Shown here piece after piece: positions 38,795 through 50,530 of a stretch of 64,000 nucleotides of DNA. Every line of letters starts with the position of its first letter. Position 1 is the stretch's first letter. The notes under the pieces are model-generated. The model saw nothing but the letters and a program-made list of their open reading frames with translations. It ran no database searches and had not been told where the DNA came from. The translations under genes were made by a program, and so were the position numbers. The DNA is taken from the NCBI RefSeq assembly GCF_001194135.2, contig NC_068992.1:60984289-61048288 (forward strand). Direction: 5' to 3'. This DNA is from Octopus bimaculoides. Lineage: Eukaryota.

Positions 38795-39419
38795 ATTGAA
38801 GTGTCCCTTAATATTACCACTGCACATAAGCTGTACTTGACAATGCCTATCACAAGCTGTGAAGCAGAAAGAAGTTCCTCAAAGGTTTCCTTTGTAAAGA
38901 ATAAGTTTTGGTCTACCATGACTGAAGAGCACTTAAATTCCTTATGTATATTGTCTCTAGAAAATGACATTGCAAGGAAGCTGTCATATGACAAAACTGT
39001 TGCTACAGAAAACAGAAAAAAAGAGTATTTTGTAATTTTCGTTTGTATCTTAATGATGCATCATGCATGTATATAACGCTTCCCTAATTTTCAATACCCA
39101 TAACTCTAAGATATAAGGCTTAGCCTGGAAAATATTTGTAGTGATCTGCCATGGAACAACCACATCGTCAAAGATATTGGTGATTACCCACATCTCATTT
39201 CTGATGGAAAGAGGGCTCACTTTCAGACTCATTTTTAAGGACTCCACATCACAACTCTACCATTTGCGCTATCAGGGCCTCAAGGTGGAGTTCCTTGCAA
39301 GGGCACGAACATTTTTTTACCCTTGTTGGATGCTACCTTACTGTTGCTGGTTGTAAAGAGACCCCCCCCCCCCATAACATTTTAAGTTTCAGGGCCCCAA
39401 TATTGTAGATCCATCACTG
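38795..39419 (+). mobile_element. hAT transposon 3' remnant (dimerization domain) with right end
   Basis: LYLTMPITSCEAERSSSK..FVKNK..STM.EE.LN.L.IL.LE.DI; terminal GATCCATCACTG. Confidence 0.8.
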
Positions 39420-39671
39420 CTGGACACTGAATGAGTGTGAGCAGAATGAATTTGTTTCTCAGCACATCCATGCCTGTAGAGTTTATCTTCAACAGATAAC
39501 ACCCTTCATTAGCACTGCCATGCCAAGGACATCTGGAAATTATCCATGGTGGTCCCTGACCAGAAATGATAATGACCTTATTGTGAGCAGTGCTCAAAGA
39601 GCAAGCAAAGACAATACAATACAGTTCAGAAGCAGTGGCATCTGAAATGTTGCCAGAAGAAGTCAATTTCA

Positions 39672-39850
39672 CCAACCAACCAACCAACCAACCAACCAAC
39701 CGACCGACCGACCGACCGACCAACCAACCAACCAGCCAGCCAGCCAACCAGCCAACCAGCCAACCAACCAACCAACCAATCAACCAACCAGCCAACCAAC
39801 CAGCCAGCCAGCCAGCCAACTAACCAACCAACCAACCAGCCAACCAACCA
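39672..39850. repeat. Compound (AACC/GACC/AGCC)n tetranucleotide microsatellite
   Basis: Direct reading. Confidence 0.97.
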
Positions 39851-40399
39851 ACTCGTCTACCTGGACTGGTATTTACTTTATTTATCAATCCTGAAAGGNN
39901 NNNNNNNNNAAAAAAAAAAAAGGGGCAGGGGTGACCTCGATGGGATATGAACTCAGACCACTGAGGTATCATTGACAAACTGTGCCCGGCAAGACTCTTT
40001 GGAAAGTACACCTAATGAAAAATCACCTTGAATTTTTTTAGCAGTGCTGCTCACCTGATGATGAGCTTTGATCTCATGTGGCCCACTTGATAAAAGCTGC
40101 CCATGCTGGGTATAGACAGTCAAGACAAATAACACAAAGCATTCAATCCGATGCTCAAACGATTCTGTCACTCGGCTGCTTGATATGCCTCAGATGTACA
40201 GAAAAAAAACAAGTATTGTTGCTAAGTTTTATTTTTACATGACTTTAAACAGTATTTCATTGAAATAAATAAAATACTGAAACTACAGCACTGCTGCTGG
40301 AAGTTTGAAACCAGATAAAGGAAAAACAAAAAAGAAAGAAAGAAAGGATGATGAGAAAGATGGAGCATCTGTTACTGATGCTACTTACAGAGAAGATGA

Positions 40400-40799
40400 G
40401 GTATGTGATAAGGAGAAAATGAAGAAGAGGTCAGGTGGAGGAGGAAGGGAGGAGATGAAGAAGAAGAAGAAGAAAAGGAAGAAGATGGTTATGATGATGG
40501 AGAAGGAAAAGAAAGATCAGGAGTGGAAGGAAGATGGGGAGCAGAGGAAGAGGTTGGGATGAGGAGGAGGTGAAGAAGAAGAAGAAGATGATGATGACGA
40601 TGATGATGATGATGGAGAAGGAAAAGGAAGATCAGGAGTGGAAGGAAGATGGGGAGCAGAGGGGGAGGTGAAGAAGAAGATGACGATGATGATGATGGAG
40701 AAGGAAAAGGAAGATCAGGAGGAGAAAGAAGAGGAGGAACAGAGGAAGAGGAGAAGAATATAGAAGAAAAACCACAGATAGAGGTAAACAGAAATAGAC

Positions 40800-40835
<36 letters not shown>
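40400..40835. repeat. Purine-rich low-complexity tract with internal tandem duplication and (GA)n
   Basis: GATGGAGAAGGAAAAG.AAGATCAGGAG occurs three times. Confidence 0.85.
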
Positions 40836-40837
<2 letters not shown>

Positions 40838-41347
40838 AGAGAGAGAAAATCCAATGACGTAAGAATGTCTTATGGGAAAAGAGCTGTAGGCTAAAACTAA
40901 ATGAGGAAAGATTTAGGATATTGGTTCTTCTGCCCATCCCATCCCATCCCACCTCAGCCTAGCCATGTTGTACCTTTTCCCTCTGCTTACATCTCAAACA
41001 TTCTGGGGAAGTGTGTGATAATCACACCCATTTTGTTTTTCCGTCTTGACTAAAAACTAATAAACTTACATAGAATATTTATGCAAGAAACCATTATTTT
41101 ATAAGGAAATGTAACCAGTTAATGATATGATGGTAGACTTGATCTGGACCTAGTTTAATACCCCTACTTGGTCTTGGGTAATTTTAGGTGGAGACCACTC
41201 TGTTGTAAGAATTTGGAACAGACAATAATAAACTGGTAAACTTAGTGTATCCCTTAGTTTAACATTTCTGAGTGATTTACATTTGCAGCCCCCTCCTCAA
41301 AAACAACAAGAAAACCCTTTAAAATCTGCTATTTTTTGTTTATTTAA

Positions 41348-41564
41348 CCCTTCTGATACTGACCCACTTAAGACTTCTGGTTCTATGATAGAAATTTCTG
41401 GTTTCAAAGTGATCTAAATTAAAATTTTCCATCAAAAAATTTGATTTGATTTATGTTAATTTATGTTCTGTTTGGAACAGCTTCATTTACTAAATTCTTC
41501 ATTATTTTCAAGATCAATTTAAACAAATGCAGTGTATATCAGTAGAAATATGGTAACAAAAGGG
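41348..41564. mobile_element. piggyBac-type MITE with TTAA TSD, followed by a tandem partial duplication (about 41570-41725)
   Basis: TTAA|CCCTTCTGATAC...GTAACAAAAGGG|TTAA. Confidence 0.75.
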
Positions 41565-42205
41565 TTAAAGTGATCTAAATGAAAACCTTCCATTCAAATT
41601 TCATTTTGATTTATGTTTCAGACACTAGTTTAATAATGACAAGGTTGTCATTTACTAAATTCTTCATTATTTTCAAAATTAACTGAAACAAAGCAGTGTA
41701 TTTCAATAGGAATATGGTACTAAAAAAATGATCAAGTGAGACACAGTGGATGGTCTGACTCCTAAGTACTGACACAAACACTTCATGGATATTCCGTTAT
41801 CTAATTTCTCCATTTGTTAGCACTGGCACCATCATTTACAGCACTTGATCTCTTGGATGACATCCTGTAAAGCAAAAGTTCAGCTAAATATCAGAAATGA
41901 ATTGAAATGTGTTACTGAAACAATTGGTTGTGGTAAACAAAGTTTGGTGCCACTGTAGTATTAGATCAACCAATTAATGGTAGTAGATTCAAAATATGTT
42001 GGATCATGGAGTACTAGATTTAAAAGAGCCAACCTATAAATATTATTCTAAAATGAAAAAAAAGGTATGCTGTTCTATAATATGTTTATCATCCAAGAGA
42101 TCAAGTGCAGCAAATGATGGTGCAAGTTCTAACAAGTGGAGAAATTAGATAACGGAATACCTATAAAGACACAAGCATGGCTGTGTGGTAAGAAGCTTGC
42201 TTCCC

Positions 42206-43677
42206 GCGCATGCGTCACCCAGAGTGCATTTGGTTTGTCGGTTGTGTCGGACATTGGTTTTTGTTGCTGCTTTGAGGATAGAGACGATGTACTCAGACTT
42301 TAGCGGGTCTGAGTTGTCTTCAGCAGAGGAAGGGCTGGTAAGGGAAGTCATAGAGATGGACAGAGTGTTGGAAAAGACAAGGAGTTTTGCTGAGGTTACG
42401 GAGATGAAGCGAAGGGAGTTGGACTTGGCCGGTCTGAAGGAATATGAGAAGGTGGGAGGGGAAGTGAATCTGTCGCCCCCCCCCACAAAGGAATTATGGA
42501 GCGAATGGAAAGAAGAACGATCACCTATAAGGTGTTCTCGTTAAAAGGGAAAAAGGTCGAGCAGGTGGAAGCTGAAATGGAAAAAACACTAAGGAAGAAG
42601 TCGAAAGAAATAATATACATGATGAAAGGAAGAAAATATGGCAGAATGGTCGTACAATTTAGAACAGTAGAGGAGACGAGGAGGCTGGCGAGTGTGGCGG
42701 TGAAAACAGAGGAGGTAGTGGTGCTTCTGCCCACATACCTTGGAAGAAAGACTTCCAAGGTGAGGGTAGAAGCAATTCCATTGGATATAGAAGTGGCTTG
42801 GGTGGTGGCAGCTGTCCTTCTTGGAAGCGAGAAGGTAGCTGTCCTCCAAACCACAGAAACAGAAGAAGGAGGGTGGAAAGGAAGGACACTGGAACTAATT
42901 TGAGTGAAGGTGGGTCATCTCGAGAACTTGGCAGAGACAGTGACGTTGGGGAAAATCATGCTGAGGGTGTGGGTAGAGGGCAGAGTACCACGTTGTTTTA
43001 AATGTGGTCAAAAGGGCCACATTAGAGCATACTGCCCCCTAAAGAGGACAATGGCTGAAGCTACAATCGTGGAGACGGAAGAGAAAAGAGAGGAAGAAAA
43101 GACAAACGGAGGAAAGGAGAAAAAGAGGAAAACTGGAAAGTTTCAGAGAGCAAAAGAAGAAAGAGGGAAAAAAGGAAAGACACTGAGTAGGATGTGGTAC
43201 CCCAGTCCAACTCCATCCCACCCAAGACCACTCAGACCCACCCTCCCCATACAGACACCAAACCTACCCACCCCATTTTCCCACAAGAAAAAAAAAATAG
43301 AAAAAGAAAGAACAGACACCAGAAAATTTAGAAGACTCCTGCCTCCCGGTGAAAAAGGTTATGAATGCATGGAGGAGAGAACGATGTCATTAAGTGATGG
43401 AGAAAGACGAAAAAGGTTTAGACTGAAAAAAAAAAAAGGACTTAGGACTCAGAGGCAGTGAGTGGTGTTACTCAGTGTGGGGTGAGTAGCACACTCTTCA
43501 TAATATCATTTTCAGTTATCATTCATGTTATCATATTTTTAATTTGTTATTCACGTGCATTTTCATGTATCATTCATTATATCATATTTTATTTTTATAT
43601 TTTTAATTGTTATATGTCCCCACATGTGTTGAAGTGTCCCCTCTGTGTAATGCCTTTATGTCAAAAATATTGAAATA
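42206..43677 (+). mobile_element. ORF1(Gag-like)-only non-LTR retroelement, 1472 bp, 16-bp TSD
   Basis: AAGAAGCTTGCTTCCC at 42190-42205 and 43678-43693; 81-nt leader, one long frame, 216-nt trailer ending AAATA(AA); no RT or EN motifs. Confidence 0.85.
42287..43461 (+). pseudogene. ORF1/Gag-like nucleic-acid-binding protein, about 391 aa when repaired
   Basis: CX2CX4HX4C knuckle CFKCGQKGHIRAYC at 42994-43035; one frameshift (between about 42476 and 42530) and one in-frame TGA (42901-42903); L1/Tx1-type ORF1 assignment is inferred. Confidence 0.75.
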
Positions 43678-43814
43678 AAGAAGCTTGCTTCCCAACCACA
43701 CGGTTCCAGGTTCATTCCCACTGCATGGCACCTTGGACAAGTGTCTTCTACAATAGCCTTGAGCCGACCAAAGCCTTGTGAGTGGATTTGGTAGAAGGAA
43801 ACTGAAAGAAGCCC

Positions 43815-43850
<36 letters not shown>

Positions 43851-46329
43851 TAGATAGATATATATCGTGGCACTCTGTCAGTTATTACAATGAGGGTTCC
43901 AGTTGATCCAATCAACAGAACAGCCTGCTCATGAAATTAACATGTAAGTGGCTGAGTACTCTACAGACATGTACCCTTAGTGTAGTTCTCAGGGAGATTC
44001 AGTGTGACACAGTGTGTGACAAGGCTAACCCATTGAAATACAGGTACAACAGAAACAGGGAGAAAGAGTGAGAGAAAGTTGTGGTGAAAGAGTACAGCAG
44101 GTTCGCCACCATCCCCTGCTGGAGCCTCATGGAGCTTTATGTGTTTTCACTTGATAAACACTCACAACACTTGGTCTGGGGATTGAAACCATGATCCCAT
44201 GACCGCGAGTCCGCTGCCCTAACCACTGGGACATTGTACCTCCACACACACACACATACACTCCCGTGCAGGTATCACGTTAAAAACACCTTTTGAGTGT
44301 GGTCGTTGCCAGAACTGCCTGACTGGCCCTCATGCCGGTAGCATGTAAAAGCATCCACTACACTCTCGGAGTGGTTGGTGTTAAGAAGGGCATCCAGCTG
44401 TAGAAACTTTGCCAGATCAGATTGAGCCTGGTGCAGCCTCTCGCTCACCAAGTCCTTGGTCAAACCGTCCAGCCCATGTCAGCATAGAAAGTGGACGTTA
44501 AATGATGATGATGATGATGATGATATATATATATTTATATATATATATATGTANNNNNNNNNNNNNNNNNNNNNNNNNNNNNNNNNNNNNNNNNNNNNNN
44601 NNNNNNNNNNNNNNNNNNNNNNNNNNNNNNNNNNNNNNNNNNNNNNNNNNNNNNNNNNNNNNNNNNNNNNNNNNNNNNNNNNNNNNNNNNNNNNNNNNNN
44701 NNNNNNNNNNNNNNNNNNNNNNNNNNNNNNNNNNNNNNNNNNNNNNNNNNNNNNNNNNNNATATATATATGCATGTATGTATGTATGTATGGATGGATGT
44801 ATATGTTTGTGTGTCTGTGTTTGTTTCTCCACCATCGCTTGACAACTGATGTTGGTGTGCTTATGTTCCTGTAATTTAGCATTTCGGCAAAAGAGGCTGG
44901 CAGAATAAGTACTAGGCTTACAAAGAATAAGTCCTGGAGGGTTGATTTGTTTGACTAAAGGCAGTGCTCCAGCATGGCCACAATCACATGACTGAAACAA
45001 ATTAAAGAAATAAAGAATATCTTAAAATACAATTTTGTATGTTTAATATAATGATATTGTATACAATGCTCAGGTGCACTACAGCTCACCAGAAAAGGTA
45101 GCCACAAGTGCCTGTACCATTGAATAATGCACAGAAAGTGAACAATGAATGAATCATTTAAAGAAAAGTGGGAAGACCATCATGTGTACTATTCGGGAAT
45201 TTTAAGAAGCATGGATGTTTTGAAGGATATAGTGTCCCAACAGCTAACAATTGATGCAGGTATTTTATTCCATGCATCAGCAATTCTGAGCATGAAAAAA
45301 ATGTTTCTGAAAGTCATGGGTGCTATGTTACTTTTAGAGACCCAAATATGATCTATGTATGTTGTAGTTTGCTGTCAATGAATAAATAATTTAGGGCCCA
45401 GTGCACTGATTTATCTGGGGTCCCATAATGCTGCTAAAATGACCATAGGGTTCTGAAAAAGGTCATCAGAGGCTGCACAAAGAATAATCCTCTCTTCTGT
45501 TGGCACAAGGCCTGAAATTTTGAGGCAAGATGGGGAACTGGTTGATCACATCAACCCCAGTGCTCAACTGGTATCTATCATTTCATTGACCCTGACAGAA
45601 TGAAATGCAAAGTTGGCCTTGGCAGAATTTGAACTCAAAATGTAAAGATGAACAAAATGCCACTGAGTAGTTGGTTCAGTGTTTTAACATTAAAGCTACT
45701 TATATATAGATGCATTTTTAGGTTCAATTCTATATTTGCAATTTTTATTATACATGCATGGCATATTTCTGATGGAAATGAAATCTTGCCATCTGTTGAT
45801 AGCAGGGAAATCCTTTCGAGGAAATGACCTCTTAATAAGGAATTGCAAGGGAATTTATTCGTAACGAGGTCTTGGTTAAAACAATTTCTTAAACCCTTTT
45901 TGTAAAATTTGATGACTCTGGCACTGCCAGAGCTTTCAAAGACAGTTTCATGAGTCTTTTAATCTCCTATGTAACTTAATGAAAGAGAGAAAAAGATTAA
46001 TAAAAATGTATTGATATTTATGTAGGAGCTCCATGAGCCATGGAATTATTTTCAAGAGTTTTCCAATGATAAAAAGATTGGGAAATACCGTTTTAGACAT
46101 TGGTAGAAGAAATATATTTTGCCGAATATTCGAAATGAGATGATGGAAAGATTAAATATTGATGAAGACGTTGCTATAACCCGGTTTAGTTCAAAAGCAG
46201 AGCAAGTGTTCTTTTTCCTCGTAAGTGAGCCATTAATAACAATGAAAAGTTATATGATTATCATAAATAAATGTGCTCGAAATATTACATAGAGTAATGC
46301 AGACATCAGTCTGTTTTATTTTAAAGTGA

Positions 46330-46560
46330 CAGGATTATTATAGGAGCAGACTATAAATCGGTGACTTACCCGGTCTGGTATAGCGAGAGCGGAAATGACG
46401 TCATTTTCGAAGCGCACTAGCAGCAGGCGATAAGGCAGACAGGCAAAGCAGCCAGTTGCTACTACAGTCATCATGTGATAACAAGAAAGGTAGTTGCTGG
46501 ATGGTGACAGTAAGCGGCTAAGCACAGCACCACGGCACAACTAAGCACAAAAGCTTCTCT
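46330..46560. promoter_or_regulatory. CpG-rich promoter-like region with an ETS-CRE composite
   Basis: GCGGAAATGACGTCA at 46389-46403; 14-bp palindrome AAATGACGTCATTT at 46393-46406; 0.4-0.6 kb upstream of the FERM ATG. Confidence 0.6.
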
Positions 46561-46923
46561 TGCTGCTTCAAATCGAGTTGACAAAATAACATTAGACGTG
46601 TCTTGCTTTATGATTTATCGCAATCTGTTGTATATGTGCTTTTTAATTGTCATGCCGGTTTAGCGGCTTTAATTAGTGCACCCCGTCAACAATATAAATA
46701 AATAAAAAGGAAACAGGAAGAAGCTATATATATAGATATATAGCTATTTATGAATATACACGCATATATTCTTGAGAGATAATTAAAAGAAAGAAAAAGA
46801 AAGTGTTATTCGCTTCTTTTTTCTTTTCTTTTCTCACAAACACATGTGTCTCTAATAAATATCAACAGCTGTACAAATTGATATAGTTGAAGAAGCGACA
46901 AGGAAAATAATTAATTTGCCAAG

Positions 46924-47022
46924 ATGTTTAAGAAAAAGTCAAGCAAATCCGACCTGGAGATGGAATACCAGTGCACTATAAGGTTCTTGGATGATTCCGA
47001 ACCTATCCAACTAAATTTTAAG
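46924..47022 (+). CDS. FRMD5: First coding exon of a FRMD5/FRMD3-like FERM-domain protein (33 codons, phase-0 donor)
   Basis: MFKKKSSKSDLEMEYQCTIRFLDDSEPIQLNFK resembles recalled vertebrate FRMD5 SLEREYSCTVRLLDDSE; ends AAG|GTAAGT; downstream exons not found in the window. Confidence 0.72.
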
Positions 47023-47402
47023 GTAAGTCCTATATATTCTATTAAAGAGAAGAAAAAAAAGGTTATATATATGTATATATATATATATATTCTTCGCTGT
47101 TCTTAAAATGGTTATTGTTACTGTCTAGAGATGAAATCTGTTGCAGGGGATTTTAAATGGGTTGTTTTTCGTTCGCATCTTCAGGTGCGGCTGCTGATTT
47201 TACGTTTAGTAGAATTATGCGAGCGCACACACGCGTAGCTTGTTGAATTATTCTTACGGTCCTACCTTCTTTGATACTAAAGCTCTCAATTTCTGCTATC
47301 CTTTCACATTTATTATTTATTTACCTCTTGTCAAACCCCAATAGACTAACGTATATATATTATTAATTCATTATAATATAGTGAAGAATACACACACATG
47401 TG

Positions 47403-47404
<2 letters not shown>

Positions 47405-47482
<78 letters not shown>
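47405..47482. repeat. (TA)n microsatellite; others at about 2710, 20070 and 61340; (CTA)n at 52656-52735; (CA)n at about 58580-58625; (TAA)n at 63000-63037
   Basis: Direct reading. Confidence 0.97.
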
Positions 47483-47486
<4 letters not shown>

Positions 47487-48319
47487 GGAAAGCCCGTTTA
47501 TGATATCTTAGGTTTCCCGTCCATAAAGGGTTTAGTTTTATGGCGTATCGTCAGATCCCAAAAACCAGTTGGCCCAAGACCTCTTATATATAAAAATATA
47601 TATATATATATATATAATATTAGGGATAAAATCCAAAATTACAGGTAAAAACTCAATTAAAATCAATTTATTAAAAATTAAAATAAGTTTCACGGTGTAA
47701 AATATATAAATATATGTATGTGTTCTTATTTTCCTTAAATCTCCCTTTATAATAACGGAGAAACCCATTCAACGATTTTTGTAAGGGAGTGCCCTTTATA
47801 TATATATATATATATCACGGTTTGTCATTTAATATCCTGATATAATTCACCTTGCCACATTTAAATAGAAAATTGTTCTGTTGGCGTTTTCCTATTTTTA
47901 GAAGTCTCACCAATGTCTCTTTCTGTCGTTGATTTCGTATCGGCCAGATTTCTATTTGTCTATTCCCTTCAGTCTGTGTGTACGTGTTGCTTATCCTCAG
48001 GTCAGCCTTGATCAAGCCAACCTATGATATAAGGTTCCAGCAACGACCTTCCCATTATTATTATATCACTGCTTTTGTTATTCAGGCATCATGTATCTGA
48101 TATTGCATTATCTAATGTAGTCTTAGTTACCTTCTTTTTTATTTATTAAGAATGTAAGGGTGTGATTTATGGGAAATTTGGCTGCAATCTTTTTGCAGAC
48201 CAAGCGATCACACTTGTTCTATGTACGTGGAGTGTGTGAACGCGAAAGTTAGTGAAGAAGCAATTGAATGAGCTTCCTAGTAGTTAGTATATAAGGGTTA
48301 ATTTTTTCCTAGAAAATGA

Positions 48320-48850
48320 ATGTAGTCGATTATGAGTTAACAACATAATAGAGTCGTTACTTAGATAGACGGATAATTGTGTCGAGGAATATATGTTTGG
48401 GAATAAATTTTTCTTCCCGTAAACTAACTTTGGTGAATTTCTTTAAAGTAAATTTAAAGCTTATCTAATTATTTATAGTACTATCGTTTGTTTTCCCTTC
48501 TGATAACCTGAGANNNNNNNNNNNNNNNNNNNNNNNNNNNNNNNNNNNNNNNNNNNNNNNNNNNNNNNNNNNNNNNNNNNNNNNNNNNNNNNNNNNNNNN
48601 NNNNNNNNNNNNNNNNNNNNNNNNNNNNNNNNNNNNNNNNNNNNNNNNNNNNNNNNNNNNNNNTATATATAATCAATCAGAAAACCGATAGTACGATAAA
48701 TGATTAGATAGGCTTTAAATTTTCCCTAAAGAAATTCACCTAAGTTAGTTTACGGGAAGAAAAATATATTTCCAAGCATTTAGTCCTCAAAACTATTAAT
48801 TATCTCTCTATCAATGGCTTTGATATGCATATCCTAATCGATTCCCGCTG
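48320..48850. mobile_element. Imperfect long inverted repeat (foldback element) flanking a gap
   Basis: TTTTTCTTCCCGTAAACTAACTTTGGTGAATTTCTTTA...TAGTACTATCG on the left versus its diverged reverse complement at about 48688-48780. Confidence 0.75.
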
Positions 48851-50499
48851 GGCATAGAAGTTTTATAATTTTTGTCGATGTAAAGTAAATATCTCTTTAT
48901 ATTTCGATTACTGACTACAGTATTCTTTCTTTTCTTTAACTTCTGTTACGCCATGTTTCTGTTGCTCCTTCTCATCTTAGTTGCTTTTGACCGATTCTTC
49001 AGGTGTTTTATGTAATTTATTTGCACCTTGGCTACATTTCTTCTATTCCTTTACTTTGTTTCTTTACCCTAATTGTCATTTTGTGGCCCCGGTGTTGTTA
49101 GTTATTTCTACCAACACTAAACAAAAAATGTGTTCACCTATTTTATTTTCAACAGGTGCTTGATATGTTCGGTTGGTGACAGATATTTATTTAGTTCGTT
49201 GTTTTGTTTCAAATATTTTTAATCACTTATGCACAAGTGTTTGAACTTTTTTCTACTACGTTTTCTAGTATTATTGATTAAAATTAATATTTTGATTAAA
49301 TTAATAAAGTAAAACAAATATTCATTCAAAAGACCGCTAATCATCTAACTGGCATGCATTCGGATTATATGTGTGTAGGATTATATGTGTAGGATTTATA
49401 TGTTTGCGCGCGTCCTTATGGTTAGGAGCGTCTCTTCGTAACAACGATATCTCGGGTTCAATCCCACTGTTTGGCATCTTGGGCAAATGTCATTTTCTTT
49501 AGCTTTGAGTTGTCTCATACCTTTGTGAGTGAAATCAGGGAGGCGGAAATTGTAAAAAGCCTGCCGGATGGCTTGTAATTGTAATTCTAAAGGTGCCGTT
49601 TTTGTTACGCAGTGTCTCCCTTGGAATTACGTTAAGCGTACACGTGTCTGTGGAATGTCCAATCACTTGCATATTATTTCGGGAGAAGCTGATTAGGTAG
49701 ATCGAACAACTGAATCTTCATCGTCGTCGAAAGACCGAGATCCACCACCACACACACGCGCATGCTCACCGGTTTTCAAGTATGACGGAAAGTAACAACA
49801 GGCCCTGCTTTTTCTTGACGGTTTACAATACATATCTCCATTGATATGTGATTTAACCTTGCTCGAATTACATCACCTCATATCTTTAGACATTCTCACT
49901 CTGTCGTCTGGACATTGTTGGTTTTTGGATTGTTTTTTGAATAGAATGAGGACTGGATTGAGTGGTAAATAAAAGTAGTACGTACTTTGGGCACCAAACC
50001 AAAGGGTACCTTCAAATTTTTTTTTTTTCGGCGTCGAATTTACCTGGATAGAAATGGTAAATTATAACAGTTTAAAAAACTGAATAATTGTTGAAAACTT
50101 GAATTTTTCCCCTTCTTACCCCTGTTATAAATGATTCATTTTTATTGCTTACAAAAAAAAAGAAGAAAAATTAAATAATCGGCTATATTTAATATAGTTG
50201 CGGGCTCTGCTTGGCTTGGGAGAAATTTTAAATATTTCAAATTGTGCAACTTTGTCTTTACGTCTTGACAGTTACACAATAAAAGGGCTAGGTACTTATG
50301 GCATATGTTGGTCGTAATCCAGCCCTGAATAGAATCCAGTTTGGATTAAAAGTTTATTTCACATAAATCCAGATTTATCACAGCTATCTTGTTAATATCC
50401 TAATATGGCTCTGCGTTAAAATTAAATGAAGTCTTGAGATCTGCTTGCTGCTTCACTGCTTGCGTCTTCAGAGTTTTATCTCAGTTCTTCATTTGTGTG

Positions 50500-50530
<31 letters not shown>

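Larger units (their letters stand above)
42172..43822 (+). mobile_element. Host tRNA-derived SINE split in two (42172-42205 + 43678-43822)
   Basis: Removing the insert and one TSD copy restores GCATGGCTGTGTGGTAAGAAGCTTGCTTCCCAACCACACGGTTCCAGGTTC, matching uninterrupted copies (e.g. about 38385-38530 and the minus-strand head of 59411-59794). Confidence 0.92.

Noticed and set aside
40052-40190. Possible minus-strand exon with a CVICLD RING-like start and CAG|GTGAGC donor
   Set aside because: The CVICLD frame stops before the remaining RING ligands, the acceptor is weak and the open frame is unrecognisable
39382-40894. GWL-repeat and acidic/basic low-complexity ORFs
   Set aside because: Translations of microsatellite and purine tracts
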